Translations under genes and position numbers: made by a program
The notes under the pieces: model-generated
What the model saw: only the letters and a program-made list of their open reading frames with translations
Database searches by the model: none
Told to the model about the DNA's origin: nothing
IMG/VR virus record: IMGVR_UViG_2634166419_000001
Location: 9,824 to 73,823 of that record
DNA length: 64,000 nt
Source of the DNA: a virus
Taxonomy: Duplodnaviria; Caudoviricetes
Reading direction: 5' to 3' (one strand)
In this document: positions 28,740 through 37,954 of the stretch, piece by piece
Layout of the letters: each line of letters opens with the position of its first letter
Position numbering within the stretch: the first letter of the stretch is position 1

Positions 28740-28821
28740 TTGTACCACTCCCTATGATATAATTTATTTGCATATGAATATATCGGCTAGGGAGTGGACG
28801 GAAACATTCCCTAGCCATTTT

Positions 28822-29496
28822 TTATAAAGCTACCACACCGACAACTTTAAAATCATCATATTCATTAATTAAAATATCTTTATATTTTTTATTTAACGAT
28901 ACTAAACGATTCCCCATTATCTTCTTGACGTACGTTTCATTATTAAGCGTACAGACGATTATTTGTCCGTCGCGTACTTCGTGGGTTTTTCTGATGAATA
29001 TTATTTGGTTATCTTCAAATAATGGTTGCATCGAGTCGCCGTTTACTCTTACCACATAATCGTGATTAGGAATCTGACCGTCATATTCAATTTCTTCTTT
29101 AAAATTATCATCTTGCCATTCGCCAGTACCGGCCGATACGACTGCATCTAAATTTAAGGTAGTTGGGAATGGAACGACGTTGTCAGAAATGGTATTTTGT
29201 TCATCTAATTTGGATTTGGCGAAATCGTAGACGATGGCTTGGTTATCAGAATTTAGCAAGTTATACACTTCGTTGATATCTTTAGTTTCAACACGTGGAA
29301 AAAACGTATTAATAGAAATTCCGAAAATATCTGCCAATTCAAAAAGTATATCTTGATTTGCTTTTCTATCGCCATTTTCGTATCTGCTGATTGATTGTCT
29401 TGTTGTTCTCAACTTCTTAGCTAGATCTTCTTGCGTCATTCCCATTTGTTCGCGGTAGTATTTAATTTTGCTACCAATATACACTGATAATTCCAT
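28822..29496 (-). CDS. cI: CI-like repressor (XRE HTH + S24 peptidase)
   Basis: HTH MTQEDLAKKL...ISRYENG; AG cleavage site; GDSM and VKK catalytic residues. Confidence 0.93.
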   Translation of the reverse strand: MELSVYIGSKIKYYREQMGMTQEDLAKKLRTTRQSISRYENGDRKANQDILFELADIFGISINTFFPRVETKDINEVYNLLNSDNQAIVYDFAKSKLDEQNTISDNVVPFPTTLNLDAVVSAGTGEWQDDNFKEEIEYDGQIPNHDYVVRVNGDSMQPLFEDNQIIFIRKTHEVRDGQIIVCTLNNETYVKKIMGNRLVSLNKKYKDILINEYDDFKVVGVVAL

Positions 29497-29535
29497 GATT
29501 TTCACCTCCTTTACAAAAATTATTATACCACTCTT

Positions 29536-29672
29536 AGCACCAAAACGGAACTATTTTTTTCTATTTAATAGAAATAATTCTATTTTTTTAGAATTAAAAA
29601 AAATTTTTTAGAAAAAATACTTGTCATGTAACCGAAATGGTGCTATTATGTGAATGTAACCAAAATGGTTAC
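29536..29672. promoter_or_regulatory. Genetic switch: divergent promoters and three 17-bp operators
   Basis: Operators at 29536-29552, 29628-29644 and 29656-29672 (perfect GTAACCA-AAA-TGGTTAC); lytic promoter TTGTCA-17-TATTAT at 29621-29649; cI extended -10 TGGTATAAT on the minus strand at 29522-29530. Confidence 0.75.
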
Positions 29673-29681
29673 TAGAAAGAG

Positions 29682-29897
29682 GTGAAAAAAATGCAAACGA
29701 AATTGTGGGAAATTCGAAAATCCAACAAAATGAATCAAAGTGAAGTAGCTGATATTTTGGGAATAACAGTACAAGCGTATCGTTTAAAAGAGCAAGGAAA
29801 AAATCAATTTACACAAGATGAAATGTTTTCGCTAAGCAAGTATTTTAACCTTGATATTGAAGATATTTTTTTACCACGAAAAGCACCAAAACGGTAA
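29682..29897 (+). CDS. Cro-like HTH repressor
   Basis: XRE HTH, divergent from cI; start may be ATG 29691. Confidence 0.88.
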   Translation: MKKMQTKLWEIRKSNKMNQSEVADILGITVQAYRLKEQGKNQFTQDEMFSLSKYFNLDIEDIFLPRKAPKR

Positions 29898-29917
29898 CAA
29901 AAAAACAGATAGAAAGG

Positions 29918-30697
29918 ATGATGAACATGGAATTACAAACATTTAGCAACAACTTATTTGATTTAACAGTTAAAACAGAAAACGGCGAAGCGCTATTTGA
30001 TGTTGAAACAGTAGCAAGAAGTTTAGGATTTGTTCAAACGAAGAGCGGAAAAGAATACGTCAGATGGGAAACAGTCAATAAGTATTTAAGAAAATATCTT
30101 TCCCAAGAAGTTGGGAAAAACGATTATATCAGCGAACCAATGGTATATAAGTTGGCATTTAAAGCAAACAACGCATTAGCCGAACAGTTTCAAGATTGGT
30201 TAGCAACTGAAGTTCTTCCAGTGATTAGAAAACACGGGGCTTACTTAACTCCAGATAAAATCGAAGAAGTGCTTTTAAACCCAGATACGCTAATTAATTT
30301 AGCTACACAATTAAAACAGGAACGTGAAGGTCGCTTGATTGCTGAACAGCGAGTCAACGAACTAACACCAAAAGCGAGTTATTACGATAAGGTTCTTTCT
30401 AACAAGGCGCTAGTGACAATTACTGTGATTGCTAAAGATTATGGAATGAGCGGTAAAGCTATGAATGCATTGCTGCATGAGTTAGGCATTCAGTATAAGC
30501 AAGGTACAACATGGTTACTATATGCACGCTATCAAAAGAACGGTTGGACTCATTCTGAAACGGTTATGATTACCGATAAAGACGGTAATGAAAAAGCTGT
30601 TCTGAACACTAAATGGACTCAAAAAGGGCGCTTAGGATTGTATGAATTATTAAAGAGAAAAGGCTATTTACCAGTAATTGAAAGAGAAACAGCTTAG
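29918..30697 (+). CDS. Antirepressor (Bro-N + KilAC/ANT)
   Basis: FQDWLATEVLPVIRKHGAY; TKWTQKGR. Confidence 0.9.
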   Translation: MMNMELQTFSNNLFDLTVKTENGEALFDVETVARSLGFVQTKSGKEYVRWETVNKYLRKYLSQEVGKNDYISEPMVYKLAFKANNALAEQFQDWLATEVLPVIRKHGAYLTPDKIEEVLLNPDTLINLATQLKQEREGRLIAEQRVNELTPKASYYDKVLSNKALVTITVIAKDYGMSGKAMNALLHELGIQYKQGTTWLLYARYQKNGWTHSETVMITDKDGNEKAVLNTKWTQKGRLGLYELLKRKGYLPVIERETA

Positions 30698-30700
30698 GAG

Positions 30701-30973
30701 GTGGCAGTTATGAAAGGAAGTATCGACTTGCTACTAAGTCAGATAGACGGCTACATCAGGCGCGTGATACGTGAAGAAGTCAGTGCTGTGATCAAAGCAA
30801 GTCAAACAACTGATGCGTTTCCTCAAAAGGAAACGGCTCAAATATTGGGAATGAGCGAGGCGACGCTCATTAAAAAGCGTAAACAAGGCATGATACAAGC
30901 CTACGAAAGTGGGCGGCATGTAATGTATACGCAATCGGAAATAAATAAGTTTAGAGAAAATAACACGATTTGA
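30701..30973 (+). CDS. Excisionase-like HTH protein
   Basis: QKETAQILGMSEATLIKKRKQG winged HTH. Confidence 0.7.
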   Translation: MAVMKGSIDLLLSQIDGYIRRVIREEVSAVIKASQTTDAFPQKETAQILGMSEATLIKKRKQGMIQAYESGRHVMYTQSEINKFRENNTI

Positions 30974-31008
30974 GTCCGGGCGGGGCTGTGGAAAAAGAGG
31001 CAAAGAAA

Positions 31009-31242
31009 ATGAACAATAAAATGAAAAAAATACAAAAAAATATAGGTATGTTTAGAATCATCCTATTTGGATGGATGATGTTTGGGTTAGGTTTGCTAGC
31101 AAGTGGAGAATTTAACGGAAAAATTGCAATAGGCTTTACTATCACTTCTGTTGTTGTTTTGCTAGCTTATGACGCATATTTTGACCGCTATCTAAAGAGT
31201 AGACCGATTTATTTTAAGCTAACAAGAAAAGAAGGGAAATAA
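31009..31242 (+). CDS. Small membrane protein
   Basis: Two hydrophobic helices; AAGAGG RBS. Confidence 0.55.
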   Translation: MNNKMKKIQKNIGMFRIILFGWMMFGLGLLASGEFNGKIAIGFTITSVVVLLAYDAYFDRYLKSRPIYFKLTRKEGK

Positions 31243-31243
31243 A

Positions 31244-31444
31244 ATGGAACTAATCGCATATTGTAGTCAAGCTATGGTGATTAACGAAAAAATAAACGAG
31301 GTAATGATACGCTACGACGATTTGAATGTCGTATGTGTTTCAAAGGGATTAATGGATAAATACGCTGAGTGGTACATCAGAGAAAACTTCGAGATGTCTG
31401 AAAAAGACGGATGGATTAGGAGGTTAGAATCTGATGAAAGTTAA
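31244..31444 (+). CDS. Phage hypothetical protein
   Basis: ORF in operon. Confidence 0.55.
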   Translation: MELIAYCSQAMVINEKINEVMIRYDDLNVVCVSKGLMDKYAEWYIRENFEMSEKDGWIRRLESDES

Positions 31445-31763
31445 ATATAAGAAATGGAATTGCATCGTTCAATGGTCAATGTACTACGAAAATAATAACA
31501 TTGCTATCCAGTTGGTTGATGAAAAAACAAAAGAATTAATTTCGGTAGCTACTACTAATACAGGACATAAAAATAGCGAATCTAATGTCCAAATTAAAGA
31601 CTGGTCTGAAAACAAAGGAATGTGGCAAGCGTTAGTTGATGCAGGTGTCATTAAAGACAAGATTGTCAACATAATACCTACTGGATACGTAGAAGTGAAA
31701 GTAGCTGAATTGACGGAAGAAGCAAAGAAAGATTTTGAAAATTGGTTAGAAGAGTGGTGTTGA
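31434..31763 (+). CDS. Phage hypothetical protein
   Basis: AGGAGG RBS; ORF in operon. Confidence 0.65.
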   Translation: MKVKYKKWNCIVQWSMYYENNNIAIQLVDEKTKELISVATTNTGHKNSESNVQIKDWSENKGMWQALVDAGVIKDKIVNIIPTGYVEVKVAELTEEAKKDFENWLEEWC

Positions 31764-31953
31764 CATATAATGAGAAACTTTGATTTCGAAGCAGCAAATG
31801 AATGGCTGGCAGAGAATTGGAATGTAATTAAATCTCAACAGTATATTGATGTGATAAAAAGATGCATAGAAAAAGAAAAAGCCACTGACGGCAATCAGTG
31901 ACTAACAAAAATAATTTACAAGTTAAGTATAGCACGAAAGGGGCAATTTTGGA

Positions 31954-32319
31954 ATGACACCTGAACAAGAATGGATTGATAGAAATCTGCAACCGCCAGA
32001 AGAGAGAGTGGCAGATATCGAACGAGAACCAGTAGATAAATCTTTTATTTCGGATGAACCAATATACGAAGGACAACAAGTAATTGTCACTGAATTTGGA
32101 TACAAAGCATTTCCTGATGAAGTCGACGCATTAATTGGCGAACAATTAGAGATGTATTCAAAAGACGAATTGATAGACGTTTTAGAAGCGTTCTCTGGCG
32201 ACGGAATAATGATTTATCTGAAAGGCAAAATCATTAAATATATAAATCTTTTTAAGCAACAAGGAAGAGATGAAGAAATCATGGAAATACTAAGATTTGA
32301 AGAAAGGGTGATTGACTAA
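31954..32319 (+). CDS. Phage hypothetical protein
   Basis: AAAGGGG RBS; precedes the recombinase. Confidence 0.65.
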   Translation: MTPEQEWIDRNLQPPEERVADIEREPVDKSFISDEPIYEGQQVIVTEFGYKAFPDEVDALIGEQLEMYSKDELIDVLEAFSGDGIMIYLKGKIIKYINLFKQQGRDEEIMEILRFEERVID

Positions 32320-33002
32320 TGGAAGAAGAAAAGAAATTAGATGTAGCAGAAATGACGTTTTATGAACGGTTAGTTAAAACGCAAATTGAAGTGAAAGCGC
32401 CGAAGAGTCAATATAATTCGTTTGGTAAATATCACTATCGATCAGCGGACGATATTTATCAAGCAGCCAAGCCGATAAACGAAAAATACGGCTTGTACCT
32501 AACTTTAACTGATGAACCATTCGAAATCGGCGGAAGAGTCTATATCAAAGCAATCGCAAAAATCGTCGATTGTTTTAATCCGTCAAATTCAATATACGTA
32601 ACAGCTTATGCACGAGAAGCAGAAATAAAGAAAGGCATGGACGATAGCCAAATTACCGGCGGTGCGTCATCTTACGCGAGAAAATACGCATTAAACGGTC
32701 TTTATTTACTAGATGATACAAAAGACGCAGATACAGAAGAGTTTAAACAACAAGTTGATAGCGCGAAAGCTAAGATAATTGACGAAACAAAAGTAAAAGC
32801 ATTGAAACAGAAAGTCGAAAATCTAGCTAAATTTATTTCAGAAAAAACTGGAGATGAACAATCATTTGATAAAATCTACAGCTATTTATCTGACCATAAA
32901 TTCATGAAAGTTATTCCGATTGAAAAATTAGATACGGAACAATACGTGACAATCAACCGATTTGCTGACGAATTAAAAAAACGATATGAGAAACAAAAGT
33001 AG
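32319..33002 (+). CDS. ERF-family single-strand annealing protein
   Basis: KAPKSQYNSFGKYHYRSA and SQITGGASSYARKYAL. Confidence 0.9.
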   Translation: MEEEKKLDVAEMTFYERLVKTQIEVKAPKSQYNSFGKYHYRSADDIYQAAKPINEKYGLYLTLTDEPFEIGGRVYIKAIAKIVDCFNPSNSIYVTAYAREAEIKKGMDDSQITGGASSYARKYALNGLYLLDDTKDADTEEFKQQVDSAKAKIIDETKVKALKQKVENLAKFISEKTGDEQSFDKIYSYLSDHKFMKVIPIEKLDTEQYVTINRFADELKKRYEKQK

Positions 33003-33665
33003 ATGGAATACTCAGGAAAGATTATAAAATTAGATAACAGAAGAATAGTTATCGACACAAACGAAGATATCAATATTGAACGACTCAAAACATTGTATTT
33101 TGGATATCAAGGTCACATGAATGTAGAAGTGACAATCAGTGACCCTAGAAAATTCAGCAAACAACAACGACTATTTTATTACGCAGTGCTAGGCGATATC
33201 TATCGCTACACAGGCGAATCAGTAGAGATACTTGATGAGTTTTTCAAAAATCGCTATACCGTGCTAACAGGCGCAAGTATCAGCCTATCCAATCATTCGC
33301 AAGCGACGATGGAAGAAGTCGGTAAGTTATGCGATATCGTGATTGCGTTCGTGCTAGAGTGGAATATCCCGTTTAAAAACGGTTATGAAATTCCACCACA
33401 AAACACAGAGTGGTTTTTATACAAATGTTTAACAGAAAGAAAATGCTGCTTGTGTGGCAAGAAAGCAGATATCCATCACGCAACGCATTTAGTCGGTATG
33501 GGAAACAACAGAAAAAAGCACGACCACATTAATAGCTCGTTTATGGCGTTATGCAGAGAACATCACATTTTAATTCATAACATAGGGCTAAGCGAATTCA
33601 TGAAAAGATACAATGTTTTTCCTGTTAAGTTAAATAACGAAACAATCAAAAGATTGAATATATAA
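33003..33665 (+). CDS. Putative HNHc nuclease
   Basis: CCLCG...DIHH...ALCREHH. Confidence 0.8.
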   Translation: MEYSGKIIKLDNRRIVIDTNEDINIERLKTLYFGYQGHMNVEVTISDPRKFSKQQRLFYYAVLGDIYRYTGESVEILDEFFKNRYTVLTGASISLSNHSQATMEEVGKLCDIVIAFVLEWNIPFKNGYEIPPQNTEWFLYKCLTERKCCLCGKKADIHHATHLVGMGNNRKKHDHINSSFMALCREHHILIHNIGLSEFMKRYNVFPVKLNNETIKRLNI

Positions 33666-33677
33666 GGAGGTAGAAAA

Positions 33678-34514
33678 TTGGGAGATAGAAGAATGATCAG
33701 TAAAAAGATAACTGATACCGACAAATTTCTAGCTATGCCTTTATCCACTCAAGCGTTATATTTTCATCTTAATACACACGGAGATGATTATGGTTTTGTC
33801 GACAAAGCAAAGACCATCCAAAGAACGATTGGAGCTAGTGAAGATGATTTGAAGTTGTTGATTGCTAAACAATATATCATCCCTTTTGAAAGTGGTGTTG
33901 TGGTTATTAAAGATTGGTTTATCCATAACATCATTAGAAAAGATAGGTTGAAAGAAACTTCATATATTCAAGAAAAGCAACAATTACAAATAACTGAAAG
34001 TAGAACGTATGAACACACGACAACCAATTGTCAACCAACCGACAACCAATTGTCAACCAATTGGCGCCCTAACCTAACTAAACCTAACTTAACTAAACCT
34101 AACTTAACCCAACCTAACTTAACTAAACCGTCTAAAGACTATATATTGTCAGGCACGCCCGACTTCACATTTCCAAAATGGCTAGATGAAAAAGCAATCA
34201 ACGAAATTCAAAAAGGGAATCCTCAAAATTATGAGCAACGTATTCCGATTGCTTACCTCAACCAAAAATTAGACAAAAACTACAAGTACGTTGAAAAAAA
34301 TACAAAGTTAGTAAAGACAAGATTAAACGAAGGATACACGCTTGATGACTTCAAAACAGTCATTGATAAAAAAGTCACTGAATGGCAAAACAATGAAAGT
34401 ATGGCTAAGTATTTGCGACCAGAAACGCTATTCGGAACGAAATTTGACGGTTACTTAAATCAACCAACAGCCAAATCAAAAGGCTACGACAATGATATAG
34501 ATTTACCATTTTAG
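33678..34514 (+). CDS. Phage replication initiator (replisome organizer)
   Basis: RRMISKKITDTDKFL N-terminus; YLRPETLFGTKFDGYLN C-terminal domain. Confidence 0.88.
   Translation: MGDRRMISKKITDTDKFLAMPLSTQALYFHLNTHGDDYGFVDKAKTIQRTIGASEDDLKLLIAKQYIIPFESGVVVIKDWFIHNIIRKDRLKETSYIQEKQQLQITESRTYEHTTTNCQPTDNQLSTNWRPNLTKPNLTKPNLTQPNLTKPSKDYILSGTPDFTFPKWLDEKAINEIQKGNPQNYEQRIPIAYLNQKLDKNYKYVEKNTKLVKTRLNEGYTLDDFKTVIDKKVTEWQNNESMAKYLRPETLFGTKFDGYLNQPTAKSKGYDNDIDLPF
34019..34129. repeat. Iterons / phage replication origin inside the initiator gene
   Basis: GACAACCAATTGTCAACCAA x2 (34019, 34041), then ~4 tandem 15-mers CCTAACTTAACTAAA (PNLTK). Confidence 0.75.
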
Positions 34515-34526
34515 GAGGAATGAACT

Positions 34527-34904
34527 ATGTTAAACAACACGACACTAGTAGGAAGATTGACGAAAGACCCAGATTTAAAGTACACACAATCAGGAAAGGC
34601 GGTTGCACAATTCACATTGGCAGTTACTAGAGATTTTAAAAATGCTGATGGAGAATATGACGCTGATTTTATTAATTGCGTGATGTGGGGCAAGCCGGCG
34701 GAAACGTTAGCTGACCGTGTGAAGAAAGGCGAACGTATCAGTTTAGCTGGGCGTATTCAAACGAGAAACTATGAAAACAACGACGGTCAACGGGTGTATG
34801 TGACGGAAGTTGTAGCAAACACTTTCCATTTTTTAGAAACGAAAGGCGGAAACGGTGGCAACAATCAACAGAGACCAATCACTGATGACGATTTGCCATT
34901 TTAG
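34527..34904 (+). CDS. ssb: Single-stranded DNA-binding protein
   Basis: LVGRLTKDP...ADFINCV...DDDLPF. Confidence 0.95.
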   Translation: MLNNTTLVGRLTKDPDLKYTQSGKAVAQFTLAVTRDFKNADGEYDADFINCVMWGKPAETLADRVKKGERISLAGRIQTRNYENNDGQRVYVTEVVANTFHFLETKGGNGGNNQQRPITDDDLPF

Positions 34905-34914
34905 GAGTTAGAGC

Positions 34915-35730
34915 ATGAATATAGCAAATATGATGAGTCGTATTAGATACACGACAGAACATTGTCCGAAGCATGATGTTCCGCTGATTTATATGGCTAG
35001 GCTAGAAGTAGATGGAAAGCCAATAGCACCATTTTGTCCAGAGTGCAATCGTGAAAAAGTCAATCAGCAAGAAGAACAAGATACGACTGAAAGAGTAGCC
35101 AAGAAACGCAAGGAACGCACATACGGAATGTTAAAGCGTAGTTCGATTGTTGGAAATGACAAGATGTTTAGCAAGACGTTTGATAATTTCGACGTGACTT
35201 GCAATGAAACGCAAAAGGTTAAGATGCAAGCTATGAGAATTGCTGAAAGCTATTTAGCTAGAGAAGAATTTAATTGCATCTTAACCGGCCAACCAGGTAC
35301 AGGTAAAAGTCACTTAGCTATGGCTATTTTGCAACACGTCAACGAAAATGCGCAACCTTACATGAGTTGTTTGTTTGTCAGTTTGATTGATTTGCTAGCT
35401 GAAATCAGAGAGAGTTTTAACAGCCAAACGGAAGGTATTTCTGAATCCCAAGCTACGCGATTATTGCAGCGAGCAGATGTATTAGTGATTGACGATTTAG
35501 GTAGTGAGTCGAATTTTACAAGCGACAATAGTCAAGCGAGCGATTTTATTCAAAGGGTTTTGTTTCAAATTTTGAACGCTAGATCTAGGACAATCATTAC
35601 AACCAATCTAAGTGGTCAAGAGTTAAAAAAGATTTACAATCCAAAAATTGTTAGTCGAATGTTAGAAAATGCAAAACAGGAACATTTTCTAAACATGACA
35701 GGAATCAAGGATAACAGGAGGAAATTTTGA
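34915..35730 (+). CDS. DnaC/IstB-like helicase loader ATPase
   Basis: GQPGTGKSHLA, VIDDLGSE, TIITTNL. Confidence 0.9.
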   Translation: MNIANMMSRIRYTTEHCPKHDVPLIYMARLEVDGKPIAPFCPECNREKVNQQEEQDTTERVAKKRKERTYGMLKRSSIVGNDKMFSKTFDNFDVTCNETQKVKMQAMRIAESYLAREEFNCILTGQPGTGKSHLAMAILQHVNENAQPYMSCLFVSLIDLLAEIRESFNSQTEGISESQATRLLQRADVLVIDDLGSESNFTSDNSQASDFIQRVLFQILNARSRTIITTNLSGQELKKIYNPKIVSRMLENAKQEHFLNMTGIKDNRRKF

Positions 35731-35865
35731 TGTTAGTTAATCAAGGAATGGGCGTTTTTAAATTCGTAGCTGAACCTGTGACAGAAGAAAGACGCAAGGA
35801 AAGTCAAAGAGAATTAGAGCGAATTATTGAAGAAGCTAGCAAATATCTTGGAAATGAGGTTGTTC

Positions 35866-36318
35866 ATGAGCAAGTACAAAAATAAAAAAGTCGTAGTGGA
35901 TGGCTATAATTTTGACTCAAAGGCTGAAGCGAGGTACTACGAAAAGTTAAGAGATAGTGGCGAGTCATTCTCGTCGCTATCAAACGAATACTGGGAGATG
36001 CAGAAGTCTATTGCAGTGTTGCCTGGATATACATTGCCAAACGGTAGAAAGATATTGCCAATCAAATACAAAGCTGATTTTGTTAAATACCGTGATGGCG
36101 AAATAGTCAAGGTAGTTGATGTCAAAGGCTACCAGGACAATACATCAAAGCTGAAGATGAAAATGTTTAGCTACGTGTACAGATACGAAGTTGTGTTTGC
36201 CAAATACGACAGAAAGACAGACACGTTCGAGGAAATGAGCTGTTTTGACAGTCTTAAATTGCAAAATCAGCGAGCTAAACTTAGACGTGAGAAAAAGAAA
36301 GTCAAGAATAGCCTTTAA
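35866..36318 (+). CDS. DUF1064-like PD-(D/E)xK nuclease
   Basis: MSKYKNKKVVVDGYNFDSKAEARYY...YKADF...DVKG. Confidence 0.8.
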   Translation: MSKYKNKKVVVDGYNFDSKAEARYYEKLRDSGESFSSLSNEYWEMQKSIAVLPGYTLPNGRKILPIKYKADFVKYRDGEIVKVVDVKGYQDNTSKLKMKMFSYVYRYEVVFAKYDRKTDTFEEMSCFDSLKLQNQRAKLRREKKKVKNSL

Positions 36319-36447
36319 AATCATTTCTAAGGCGTTTAAGCAATCTTTGGTATAAATATATTAAATCAAAATAAAAATAGCTTAGAAATGAAATTAGGGA
36401 CTAAAAACACATATTTTTAAGCTGAAGAGATTGTACAGGAGGAAATC

Positions 36448-36606
36448 ATGAAGAAGAAATGCACATTATGCAACGGAACAGGCAGAATTGTGACAGAGAG
36501 ACATTCGGAAAATTTGATAACCGTCCGATCTTGTCCGAAATGCAACAAGAAAGGACCAGTTGTAGACGTCGGTAAATTAAATCAAGAATGGATGCGAAAA
36601 TTATGA
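36448..36606 (+). CDS. Small zinc-finger protein (not in the ORF track)
   Basis: AGGAGG RBS; homolog of 724-879. Confidence 0.7.
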   Translation: MKKKCTLCNGTGRIVTERHSENLITVRSCPKCNKKGPVVDVGKLNQEWMRKL

Positions 36607-36815
36607 TGAAGATTACTGTAGAGTATCCACCGTCGGCTAAAGGCGAACATTTTATCGACCCGTATCTGATTATCAACTATACCGTGACAGTCGGCGGAAC
36701 GATGATACAACTAACTGATGGAAAAATTTTAAAAATCAAAGAAAGTTATAGCTATGTGGATAATTTCGTCACACAAGCGAATATGGAGGCGGCAAGATAT
36801 GGAAGAATTAATTAA
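36588..36815 (+). CDS. Phage hypothetical protein
   Basis: Near-identical to 861-1088. Confidence 0.7.
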   Translation: MDAKIMMKITVEYPPSAKGEHFIDPYLIINYTVTVGGTMIQLTDGKILKIKESYSYVDNFVTQANMEAARYGRIN

Positions 36816-36843
36816 AAAAGCACAAGAAAGGAAAGTGATTTGA

Positions 36844-37649
36844 ATGAATAAGATTAAATGCGAGTTGTTCAATGACCACTTTCAAAATTACAAAAGATAC
36901 AGTATTCCAAAAGCGCAACTTGTAATAGCAGATATTCCCTATAATTTAGGGAATAATGCTTATGCAAGTAACCCCGATTGGTATAAGGGGGGCAAATTGC
37001 AAACGGCGAGTCTGAAAAAGCAGGTAAAGCATTCTTTGATACCGACCATAATTTTAGAATCGCTGAATTTATGCACTTTTGTTCAAAAATGTTAGTAAAA
37101 GAGCCAAAAGAAAAAGGCAAAGCACCGGCAATGATTGTATTTTGTGCGTTTCAACAAATGCAAATGGTTATTGATTATGGCAAACAGTACGGTTTCAACA
37201 ACAGCTATCCTATTTTCTTTCTAAAGAAATCTAGTGCGCAAGTTTTAAAAGCGAACATGAAAATTGTAAATGCTATGGAGTATGCCGTTGTACTATATCG
37301 TGACAAGTTGCCTAAATTCAATAATAACGGGCGAATGATTAAGAATTATTTTCAGTGGCAAAATGACAACCGCAAAATTTATCCAAAATTGCACCCGACA
37401 CAAAAGCCTATTGGTACTTTGAAAGAACTGATTGAAATTTTTACAGATAAAGATGAAGTTGTGATTGATCCTTGCGCCGGAAGTGGAAGCGCTTTGCGAG
37501 CTGCATGGGAATTAGGAAGAAACGCATACGGCTTTGAAATTAAGAAAGATTTTTACAAGTTAGCTAAAGAAGAAATGTTGAATACTGATGAAATTGCACT
37601 ACAAACAGATATTTTTGATTTTATTGAAGGAGATGTAATGAATGGCTAA
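36844..37649 (+). pseudogene. Beta-class N6/N4 DNA methyltransferase frameshifted at a G6 tract (possible phase-OFF allele)
   Basis: Motif IV-like DIPY in the first ORF; HPTQKP and DPCAGSGS in the second; one extra G at 36987-36992 gives a single 268-aa ORF. Confidence 0.85.
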
Positions 37650-37782
37650 ATCACAATCACGGTGGAATAGAATTTATCAGAAACAAAGGAATAACCAGTT
37701 AATGAGAGCGTGGAATAAATCAAAGAAAGAGGCGGTTATCGTTGGAAAAGGATGTTATAAAAATATTTTGGCAAAACGTTGA
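37642..37782 (+). CDS. 46-aa basic phage protein (not in the ORF track)
   Basis: Homolog of 1544-1684. Confidence 0.6.
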   Translation: MAKSQSRWNRIYQKQRNNQLMRAWNKSKKEAVIVGKGCYKNILAKR

Positions 37783-37954
37783 CTGGCACAGAAAAAATAA
37801 AAACATACCGTGGAGTGCATTTTACTCAGGCGCTGACGGTGTGAAAAAGATGAAAAATCATGAGTTGAATGTGACCTTAAAGAAAGTGCAAGAAATTGCT
37901 GATAAATTAGATATTGATGATTATACGATTCTGTTTGAAAGGGGTTACGACTGA
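37742..37954 (+). CDS. Small HTH-like phage protein
   Basis: Homolog of 1644-1856. Confidence 0.65.
   Translation: MEKDVIKIFWQNVDWHRKNKNIPWSAFYSGADGVKKMKNHELNVTLKKVQEIADKLDIDDYTILFERGYD

Noticed and set aside
34019-34129. Tandem repeats as a CRISPR array
   Set aside because: No unique spacers; the repeats are in frame within the initiator gene, typical of phage ori iterons.
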